In this document: piece after piece, positions 8,995 through 16,666 of the stretch
Layout: each line of letters begins with the position of its first letter
How positions within the stretch are numbered: the first letter of the stretch is position 1
Origin: Bacteroidales bacterium
GTDB lineage: Bacteria; Bacteroidota; Bacteroidia; Bacteroidales; JBKEBB01
NCBI GenBank assembly: GCA_047972845.1
Contig: JBKEBB010000286.1
Location: forward strand, 1 to 39,398
DNA: 39,398 nucleotides
Direction of reading: 5' to 3'
Program-made: the position numbers and the translations under genes
Notes under the pieces: model-generated
Told to the model about the DNA's origin: nothing
The model's input: only the letters and a program-made list of their open reading frames with translations
Databases searched by the model: none

Positions 8995-9111
8995 TTGGAT
9001 TTCTTCCCGACAATTCAATAGAAGAATAAAGAAGAGAAAGAAGAACCGCTCGGAAGAGACTTTACCCGAAGGTCAACCGACGGAAACAATACCAACAGAC
9101 TCGTTTCAACA

Positions 9112-9870
9112 ATGAAAAAAATATACTTCGCTTCCGATGCCCACTTAGGGGCTAAAACACTTGAAAATCCGTTGGACACCGAGCGACGACTCGTCAGGTG
9201 GCTCGATCGGATCAAATCAGACGCGGAGGCCATTTACTTCATGGGCGACATGATCGACTTCTGGTTTGAATACAAAACAGTGGTGCCAAGAGGGTATGTG
9301 CGCTTCTTCGGAAAAGTGGCGGAGCTCTCCGATTCGGGGGTTGAGATACATTGGTTTATCGGGAACCACGACTTGTGGCTGACCGATTATATTTCCTCCG
9401 AACTGGGGGTTAAAGTGCATCGACAAGCAATGGTATGCACGTTGAAAGGGCGTTCGTTTTTTCTTTCGCATGGGGACGAATTCGGTGATCCGAACGATTA
9501 TAAGTTCCGAATTATCCGAGCTGTATTCCACAATTCGCTATGCAGAAAGGCCTTTTCAGCCATCCATCCACGATGGACAATCGGTTTCGCCCACGCTTGG
9601 TCGCGCCAAAGTCGTATAAAAGGAGAGAAGTACAGCGATTATCTTGGAGAAGAGAAAGAACACTTAGTACAGTTTGCCAAACGTTACCTGAAGTATCATC
9701 CACAGGTCGATTTTTTTGTATTCGGCCATCGACATATTCCACTTGACCTAATGCTATCACGGGAAACCCGTCTGATCATACTGGGCGACTGGATTACCCA
9801 TTTCACATACGGAGTACTCGATGAAAAGGGATTCTCACTGGAGATGGAAAATGAAAACGTGACTCAATAA
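9112..9870 (+). CDS. lpxH: UDP-2,3-diacylglucosamine diphosphatase
   Basis: Calcineurin-like metallophosphoesterase motifs SDAHLG, GDMIDFW and GNHDLW. The length (252 aa) and layout are LpxH-like. Confidence 0.75.
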   Translation: MKKIYFASDAHLGAKTLENPLDTERRLVRWLDRIKSDAEAIYFMGDMIDFWFEYKTVVPRGYVRFFGKVAELSDSGVEIHWFIGNHDLWLTDYISSELGVKVHRQAMVCTLKGRSFFLSHGDEFGDPNDYKFRIIRAVFHNSLCRKAFSAIHPRWTIGFAHAWSRQSRIKGEKYSDYLGEEKEHLVQFAKRYLKYHPQVDFFVFGHRHIPLDLMLSRETRLIILGDWITHFTYGVLDEKGFSLEMENENVTQ

Positions 9871-9933
9871 AACAACATACTGAAGAAAACCGTCAACACA
9901 ACGATTTTTTATTAACACTTAAATAATACAATT

Positions 9934-10584
9934 ATGAGAAAGACTTTAGCGAAAATGGCGGCTGTTATTGCCGTATCGGGTATGATCGTATCATGTCAGC
10001 CAAAAGGAGAGGAAATCCAACTGTTTAACGGAACCGACCTCAGCAACTGGACCTGCTACACAAGCGATACAACAACAACTGCCGAAGAGGTGTTTGGTGT
10101 GAAAGACGATGTGATTCACGTGAAAGGAAACTTGGGATGGATGCGTACCAACGAACGGTACACCAACTATACCCTGAAAGTAGAGTGGCGCTGGGTGGAA
10201 GAGTTGAGCAACAGCGGAATATTCATCAATCAGCAAGATCAGATGGATAGTTTCCCCAACGCGATTGAGTGCCAGTTGATGAACGGAAAGGCAGGAGATT
10301 TCGTTCTTTTAGGAGGTTCGGATCTGGCTGAGTTTGTTGTTCCCGAAGGCAAAGAGCGCCCCGCGTTCCCGGTAGTTCAAAAGTTTACCGAATCGAATGA
10401 GAAGCCTCTGGGCGAATGGAACCAAGCCGAGATAAAAGTAACGGATAAAGGCGAGATTTGTGTGAAGATAAATGGTGTAGAACAAAATAAAGGAACCAAT
10501 TCACTGCATAAAGAGGGCTTCATCGGTCTGCAGAGTGAAGGAAAACCCATTGAGTTCCGCAATGTGACACTAACCAAATGGTAA
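9934..10584 (+). CDS. DUF1080 (3-keto-disaccharide hydrolase-like) lipoprotein
   Basis: Lipoprotein signal ...VSGMIVSC. LFNGTDLSNW near the N-terminus and IGLQSEGKPIEFRNV near the C-terminus are typical DUF1080 ends. Confidence 0.75.
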   Translation: MRKTLAKMAAVIAVSGMIVSCQPKGEEIQLFNGTDLSNWTCYTSDTTTTAEEVFGVKDDVIHVKGNLGWMRTNERYTNYTLKVEWRWVEELSNSGIFINQQDQMDSFPNAIECQLMNGKAGDFVLLGGSDLAEFVVPEGKERPAFPVVQKFTESNEKPLGEWNQAEIKVTDKGEICVKINGVEQNKGTNSLHKEGFIGLQSEGKPIEFRNVTLTKW

Positions 10585-10611
10585 TTCATCAGATAGATTA
10601 TTGAATATCCC

Positions 10612-10643
10612 AAAGGCTTATACACATCGATGTATAAGCCTTT
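10612..10643 (+). terminator. Terminator-like hairpin after the DUF1080 gene
   Basis: Perfect 13-bp stem AAAGGCTTATACA / TGTATAAGCCTTT with a 6-nt loop. Only a short T run, which lies inside the stem. Confidence 0.6.
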
Positions 10644-10718
10644 GATTGGATTATGTCAGAGGCTGACGCCAACGATACAATAATCATCAATCGCTCGAAC
10701 TAACAATACAACGGATCA

Positions 10719-12707
10719 ATGAAGGAAGATAAGATTCAGGGACTGCCTGAGAATGCGTTTAGAGAACTGAACCCGGGAGAAAAATACGAACCACTGATCT
10801 CTCCGGAAAGCAGACCCAAAGAGGTAACCGTATGGTCAGTGACATGGGGAGTATTAATGGCGGTTCTTTTTTCAGCGGCCGCTGCCTACCTGGGACTAAA
10901 GGTAGGGCAGGTGTTTGAAGCCGCGATACCGATCGCTATTATCGCGGTGGGACTATCGACGGCAACCAAACGCAAAGGCGCGTTGGGAGAAAACGTAATC
11001 ATCCAGTCGATTGGCGCCACATCGGGACTGATCGTCGCCGGATCGATATTCACCCTCCCGGCCCTTTATATACTTCAAGCTAAATATCCTGAGTTGACGA
11101 TCAATTTCATGGAAATATTCCTCAGCTCGTTGCTCGGAGGAGTATTAGGGATCCTCTTCCTTATCCCCTTCCGTCGTTTCTTTGTGAGCGATATGCATGG
11201 CAAGTACCCATTTCCCGAAGCTACCGCGACGACCCAAGTGTTGGTGTCGGGCGAAAAGGGAGGCAATCAAGCCAAACCGCTTATACTGGCAGGAATCATA
11301 GGAGGTTTGTACGACTTCGTCATGGCTTCTTTCGGATGGTGGACCGAAGTAGTTACCACCCGCCTGCTTCCGATGGGCGTAACCCTGGCGGAAAAAACAA
11401 AGATGGTGTTCAAGGTAAATACCGGAGCGGCCGTTCTGGGTCTTGGATACATCATCGGATTGAGGTATTCGGCAATTATCGCCGCGGGATCTGTATTTGT
11501 ATGGTTCATCATTATTCCCGCGATGAATCTCTTCTTCGGAGGAGATGTTCTCACTATTGCCAATCCTACTAATACCGTACTGATTGTAGATCTCACCCCT
11601 GAAAAGATATTCTCGATGTATGCGCGTCACATCGGAATCGGAGGAATCGCAATGGCCGGAATCATTGGAATCATTCGTTCATGGGGTATTATCAAAAGCG
11701 CGGTTGGCTTGGCAGCAACCGAAATCAAAGGGAAAAGCACCCAAGTAGCCGAAACAACCCTTCGCACTCAGCGCGATATCCCAATGAAGTTCATCGCCTT
11801 TGGCTCTATTATCACTCTGGTATTGATATTTCTCTTCTTCTGGTTCGGACTCCTTCACAACCTCACATTCGCCATTGTCGCGTTGGTTGTGGTAACTGTC
11901 ATCGCGTTCCTCTTTACTACCGTGGCAGCCAATGCCATTGCCATTGTGGGAACCAACCCGGTATCGGGAATGACATTGATGACTCTTATCCTTGCCAGTG
12001 TCGTGCTGGTGGCAGTGGGACTGAATGGTGTTGCCGGAATGTCGGCGGCATTGGTAATCGGGGGAGTGGTATGTACCGCTCTCGCGGTGGCAGGCGGATT
12101 CATCACAGACCTGAAGATCGGTTATTGGATTGGGACAACTCCTGCTAAACAACAGACATGGAAATTTTTAGGCACCCTTGTGTCGGCCGCGACAGTAGGG
12201 GGCGTAATCATGATATTGAACAAAACCTACGGATTCACCAGCGGACAGCTTGCCGCTCCTCAGGCCAACGCCATGGCGGCGGTAATCGAGCCGTTGATGT
12301 CGGGAAGCGGAGCCCCCTGGTTGCTTTATGCCATTGGAGCGGTAATCGCTTTAATCCTTACCTATCTTAAAATACCCGCGCTTGCATTCGCGTTGGGAAT
12401 GTTTATTCCTCTTGAGCTGAATACTCCCCTTGTTGTCGGAGGTTTGATCAGTTGGTATGTAAACCGCAGTTCAACCGACCCAACAATCAATAAAGCCCGA
12501 TTCGACAAAGGAACGCTTCTCGCGTCAGGTTTCATCGCCGGAGGAGCTTTGATGGGTGTGGTAAGCGCGGCGATCCGTTTTGCCGGATATAACTTTGTAA
12601 ATGAAGCGTGGCTTGAGACCTCCATTGCCGAGGCCATTGCACTGGCGATGTACGTCGCACTGATAGCCTACTTTGTATGGGAAAGCAAACGTCCCGATAA
12701 AAATTGA
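10719..12707 (+). CDS. OPT family oligopeptide transporter
   Basis: 662-aa protein with many TM segments. The N-terminal GLPENAFRELNPGEKYEP segment and overall architecture match bacterial OPT transporters as I recall them. Confidence 0.75.
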   Translation: MKEDKIQGLPENAFRELNPGEKYEPLISPESRPKEVTVWSVTWGVLMAVLFSAAAAYLGLKVGQVFEAAIPIAIIAVGLSTATKRKGALGENVIIQSIGATSGLIVAGSIFTLPALYILQAKYPELTINFMEIFLSSLLGGVLGILFLIPFRRFFVSDMHGKYPFPEATATTQVLVSGEKGGNQAKPLILAGIIGGLYDFVMASFGWWTEVVTTRLLPMGVTLAEKTKMVFKVNTGAAVLGLGYIIGLRYSAIIAAGSVFVWFIIIPAMNLFFGGDVLTIANPTNTVLIVDLTPEKIFSMYARHIGIGGIAMAGIIGIIRSWGIIKSAVGLAATEIKGKSTQVAETTLRTQRDIPMKFIAFGSIITLVLIFLFFWFGLLHNLTFAIVALVVVTVIAFLFTTVAANAIAIVGTNPVSGMTLMTLILASVVLVAVGLNGVAGMSAALVIGGVVCTALAVAGGFITDLKIGYWIGTTPAKQQTWKFLGTLVSAATVGGVIMILNKTYGFTSGQLAAPQANAMAAVIEPLMSGSGAPWLLYAIGAVIALILTYLKIPALAFALGMFIPLELNTPLVVGGLISWYVNRSSTDPTINKARFDKGTLLASGFIAGGALMGVVSAAIRFAGYNFVNEAWLETSIAEAIALAMYVALIAYFVWESKRPDKN

Positions 12708-12737
12708 GGTTTACTAATTTCGCACGAATAACCCCTT

Positions 12738-14204
12738 ATGGAACTGAATACCATTGAATCGCTGCTGAGAGCTTCTAAATCGGACAATCTCGAGTTCTCC
12801 ACCTACAGCAACAAAGAGTCTGTTTGCCGAACCATCTCCTCTTTCCTGAACGGATCAGGAGGTAAACTCATTCTTGGAGCACAACAAGGCGGACTGATAA
12901 CACACGTACAAGACGCCAACAACGTATTGGCTGAGATACGGGAATATGCCTATACCTCGATCAATCCGCAACCCTACTTCCTCAGCGAAGTGATCCGGAT
13001 TAACAAGCAGGATATCATTCTCATCGACATTCCTCCGGGTAACAACAAACCCTATCTCTATAAAGAGAACTGCCACATCAGGCAATACGGGCAGACGGTG
13101 GTAGCCAACTATCAACAATTGGTATCGATCCTCAAATCGACCCTTCTCGAAAGCACCGACTGGGAAAGCTCTATCTGTCCCGGGGCGGGACTTCACTGCA
13201 TCAGCTCTGAAGAGACCTCCAAAGCGATGACGGAGCTTTCCGAGTTCATCCGTGCCAGTATCTTTTCAGAAACCAATGTGGAGACTCTCCTCTCACGATT
13301 CTCCTTGATGAAGGAGGGGATGCTCACCAATGCCGCGATTCTGCTTTTCGGCAACAACACCGCTCAGTTCTTCCCACAATGCCGTCTTAGAATTACTCAG
13401 TTCTTTGGGGTGGACAAACGAAGTAAGATTCTCAATTCCCAAGTGATTGACGGGAATCTGTTTGAAATAGCGGAAAAGACAACCGCCTCGATCGCGAAGC
13501 TCCTTCGGAAAAGAACAGACATTTCACCCAGAGCGGTACGTGAGGCGGTAAAGAACGCATTGATTCATACTGACTACTCAATCCCCTCGGGAGAGATAAA
13601 TATCTTTCTATACCGTGATCGCGTAGAAATAGAAAACTACACCAGCAAGGAGTTTGAGGTGAACGAGAAGAGTCCAAACGAAGTGTTCGAAATCAATCCA
13701 ATGATCACCCACTTCTTCTTTCTCCGCGGACAAACCCCTAAGTTAGGTCTTGGATGTCTAACTATTATACAGGAATCAAAGGCCATAGGCTCCAAGAAAC
13801 CTAAATGGGAATTCTCCAAACAACGGGTTACATGTACCATCTACGGCATCACTCCTACCGATGAATTGCGTAAGAACGGAAGAAAAAAAGCAGTTCCTAA
13901 GGTGAATTATATGGAAGAAGCCATCGAAAACCTTATCTTTGAGGGTATCGAGAACGGCATTATTGAGAAAGTGAGCAACAATGTGATGGATTCAAGCGTT
14001 GAAGTAGTCAAACTTCTGTTTAAGAGACCGGGTTTGAACGCCGAGGCGCTGGCGCGAAAAATCAACCGTCCGAAGTCAACGGTGGAACGCTACCTTCACA
14101 TTCTGAAAAAGCTCGATCTGATCTACTACGAAGGATCGCCCAAAACAGGAGGATACTTCCTTCGTCCGTTGATAAAGGATGATCTTTTCAAGGTGTGCGA
14201 ATAG
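12738..14204 (+). CDS. AlbA_2 (divergent AAA / Schlafen-like) domain protein with an HATPase_c_4-like region and a C-terminal winged-helix; putative regulator
   Basis: N-terminal E..LEF...ISSFLNGSGGKLILG block. Central REAVKNALIHTDYS block. C-terminal STVERYLHILKKLDLI HTH-like segment. Confidence 0.6.
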   Translation: MELNTIESLLRASKSDNLEFSTYSNKESVCRTISSFLNGSGGKLILGAQQGGLITHVQDANNVLAEIREYAYTSINPQPYFLSEVIRINKQDIILIDIPPGNNKPYLYKENCHIRQYGQTVVANYQQLVSILKSTLLESTDWESSICPGAGLHCISSEETSKAMTELSEFIRASIFSETNVETLLSRFSLMKEGMLTNAAILLFGNNTAQFFPQCRLRITQFFGVDKRSKILNSQVIDGNLFEIAEKTTASIAKLLRKRTDISPRAVREAVKNALIHTDYSIPSGEINIFLYRDRVEIENYTSKEFEVNEKSPNEVFEINPMITHFFFLRGQTPKLGLGCLTIIQESKAIGSKKPKWEFSKQRVTCTIYGITPTDELRKNGRKKAVPKVNYMEEAIENLIFEGIENGIIEKVSNNVMDSSVEVVKLLFKRPGLNAEALARKINRPKSTVERYLHILKKLDLIYYEGSPKTGGYFLRPLIKDDLFKVCE

Positions 14205-14288
14205 ACCATCGAATGAATAGAGGTGTAACAAAATAGGAATACAATGACACAGACTTGCCACAAAACAGGTCGATGAGCAAATACAACT

Positions 14289-15221
14289 ATGAGAAAGATA
14301 ATAGGAATCGGAGAAACCATTCTTGATCTGATAATAAAAAACGGACAACCTACTAAAGCCAACCCCGGGGGATCGGTATTCAACAGTATGGTTACATTGG
14401 GGCGCCTCGGTCTTAATCCTACCTTCTTGAGCGAAGTTGGAAACGATATGGTAGGCGAGTTGATTGTCTCCTTCATGAAGGAGAACAAGATTAACACCTC
14501 CAATCTCGATCGTTTTTACGATGGAAAATCGCCTATCGCCATGGCGTTTCTGGACGATAAGAACAATGCCAAGTATCAGTTTTACATTGATTATCCAAAG
14601 AAGCGACTCGATCTGCTATTCCCTAAGATCCAAGAAAACGACATCTTCATCTTCGGCTCAATATATGCCCTCCGTCCGGAGTTGCGCGAAAAGATGGTCG
14701 AACTGCTTGAATATGCGAAAGCTCAAAAAGCGATCATCTACTACGATCCGAACTTTCGCTCTCCCCATTCCAGCGAATTGATTCGTCTGCTGCCCACTAT
14801 TCTCGAGAACATGGAATATGCCGATATTGTACGGGGATCAGACGAGGACTTTTTAAATATCTTCGGAGTAAGCGACATCAAAAAAGTGTATTTAGACAAG
14901 ATCGCGTATCATTGTCCTAATTTTATTTGTACCCGTGGAGGAGATGGGGTGGAACTATTTACCAAAACCGTCACCACCCATTTCGATGTGAAACCGATCG
15001 TTCCCGTAAGCACCATTGGCACCGGAGATAATTTCAACGCCGGAATCCTTTTCGGCCTACTCAAAGAGAATGTGACCAAAGAGGAACTTCCAACGTTGTC
15101 GGAGGAACGCTGGGGTAAGATTGTCGAATCAGCCATCGCTTTCTCTTCAGAGGTATGCGGCAGTCTCGACAACTATATCTCCAACGAGTTCGCCCAGACG
15201 TATCTCGAGCGACTCAAATAA
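14289..15221 (+). CDS. PfkB family carbohydrate kinase (fructokinase-like)
   Basis: 310 aa. N-terminal GE.ILD...G..PGGS.FN block, DPNFR, and the C-terminal PfkB signature GTGDNFNAG. Confidence 0.8.
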   Translation: MRKIIGIGETILDLIIKNGQPTKANPGGSVFNSMVTLGRLGLNPTFLSEVGNDMVGELIVSFMKENKINTSNLDRFYDGKSPIAMAFLDDKNNAKYQFYIDYPKKRLDLLFPKIQENDIFIFGSIYALRPELREKMVELLEYAKAQKAIIYYDPNFRSPHSSELIRLLPTILENMEYADIVRGSDEDFLNIFGVSDIKKVYLDKIAYHCPNFICTRGGDGVELFTKTVTTHFDVKPIVPVSTIGTGDNFNAGILFGLLKENVTKEELPTLSEERWGKIVESAIAFSSEVCGSLDNYISNEFAQTYLERLK

Positions 15222-15259
15222 TTACTTCACACAAACAATCCCCTATCCATTTACGGTTT

Positions 15260-16342
15260 ATGACGGCAAACAGGTTATACTACAAATTTCCGCTGATAAT
15301 AATTCCTATTATCTTCATGGGGATTGTACAATCCTGCACATTCTATGCTCCTAAAATCGAGGTTGTTTGTAATGAACTTGGTTTGGGATATTACCAATTG
15401 GTATGGGAAACAACTCCCCGAATAGAAGGAAAGGTAAAGATATATATATCCGAAAGCCCCACTCAGTTTCGTCGATTGATTCCAGATAGAGTATGCGATA
15501 TAGGTGACAATACCACCTCCTTTTTTCTTGACGACTCCTATAGGCGCAAATTCTTCCTCCTTGTATTTAACAACGAATACGAGGTGATAACCAGCAATCG
15601 AGAGATCAAACTCGATGGGATAAACAATTTCAGAGACGTCGGTGGTTACGAGACCTCGAACGGAAAACAGATCCGTTGGGGAATGCTCTATCGGTCAGGA
15701 CTGATTGGAGACTTAAGTCGTAATACCCATATCAGACTGGGAAACTTACGCCCATACACGATCATTGATCTTCGTCCGCACGATCCGATGGCCAGGCCTG
15801 AAATTGATCTTCCCAACATTCAATATGTCAGATTGCCTATTGAAGGGATAGAGATGGCATCGATTGCCGATCGTATTTACAACAACGAATTCAAACGTGG
15901 CGATGCGGTAATCTTTAAACAAGACACCTACCGCTCTTTTGTCGATCACAACCACACCTATCTGAGCGAACTGTTCGACATTCTTGCCAATCATCAAAAC
16001 TATCCCATTATCATTATGGGAAACTATGGAAAGGATCGTGTAGCGATAGCCACAGCCTTGATTCTTCATCTACTTGGTGCGACTCAAGAGACTATTATTC
16101 AAGATTATGTGCTGTCAAACAACAACCTTACCTACTTGTTTCAGTTTGAAACAGGGGTAGAGAATCTCTCCTTGGATACCCAAGAGGCGGTCACCTATCT
16201 GATGAACTCTTCTGAAGAGAATATGGAGGATCTTCTCCTTTATATCACCCGCAAATACGGGTCGCTTGATGTGTATCTGGAGGAAAAACTGGGTGTAACA
16301 CGTGAAAAGCGCAACCGTATCCGGATGAATCTGCTTTATTAA
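15260..16342 (+). CDS. Tyrosine-phosphatase-like (PF13350-type) lipoprotein lacking the catalytic cysteine
   Basis: The ATG at 15260 gives the lipoprotein signal MTANRLYYKFPLIIIPIIFMGIVQSC. NFRDVGGY, LYRSG and IIDLR blocks are present. The P-loop position reads MGNYGKDRVA rather than HCxxGKDRTG. The ORF-track start at 15155 overlaps the kinase gene. Confidence 0.7.
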   Translation: MTANRLYYKFPLIIIPIIFMGIVQSCTFYAPKIEVVCNELGLGYYQLVWETTPRIEGKVKIYISESPTQFRRLIPDRVCDIGDNTTSFFLDDSYRRKFFLLVFNNEYEVITSNREIKLDGINNFRDVGGYETSNGKQIRWGMLYRSGLIGDLSRNTHIRLGNLRPYTIIDLRPHDPMARPEIDLPNIQYVRLPIEGIEMASIADRIYNNEFKRGDAVIFKQDTYRSFVDHNHTYLSELFDILANHQNYPIIIMGNYGKDRVAIATALILHLLGATQETIIQDYVLSNNNLTYLFQFETGVENLSLDTQEAVTYLMNSSEENMEDLLLYITRKYGSLDVYLEEKLGVTREKRNRIRMNLLY

Positions 16343-16462
16343 TCGGATATCGCCGATCGGGATTATTTCTCAAACAGGAGCTATCTTCTACTCAATCCAT
16401 TCGTATCCTACTATCTTGGGGGTCCACTCCTATTAACCGATCGGAGCATTCTCTTCTGATTT

Positions 16463-16521
16463 GCGGTGTACACGGGAGTTGCCTGCGGTGTACACCGCGA
16501 TCGAATGAGGTGTACACCGTA
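16463..16521. repeat. Three phased copies of the palindromic motif GGTGTACAC(C)
   Basis: Cores start at 16465, 16487 and 16509, exactly 22 bp apart. The middle copy, GCGGTGTACACCGC (16485-16498), is a perfect 14-bp palindrome. The array lies between two convergent stop codons. Confidence 0.85.
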
Positions 16522-16666
16522 GCACAAAAGGGAATATACGTTTTTACTATTCTTTCCGCTCAAACAATCGAATGATATTATTCAGACGACTAAAACCCAA
16601 TAAAGAGATCATTTATAGAAAAAGGGGAAAAGAGAAACGAAAACTATTTCGTGTCGACCTCACCGA

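Noticed and set aside
8078-9018. Minus-strand ORFs 8078..8497, 8463..8726 and 8632..9018.
   Set aside because: They overlap the 3' end of the PP-loop ATPase gene, its terminator and the DUF59 gene on the opposite strand. They have no motifs, and the promoter and terminator signals support the plus-strand genes instead.
11075-12637. Several 60-160-aa ORFs on both strands inside the OPT transporter gene (for example 11145..11630 -, 11679..12152 -, 11681..12148 +).
   Set aside because: All are nested in a single long ORF with a clear family assignment. Their translations are compositionally odd (R/G/H/C-rich), as expected for off-frame readings.
12738-14204. The AlbA_2/Schlafen-like ATPase-type protein as a candidate anti-phage defence gene.
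   Set aside because: It is a single gene 30 nt after a housekeeping transporter gene. No nuclease, methylase or partner genes, mobile-element scars or compositional shift are nearby. Such proteins are common putative regulators, and the evidence is too thin.
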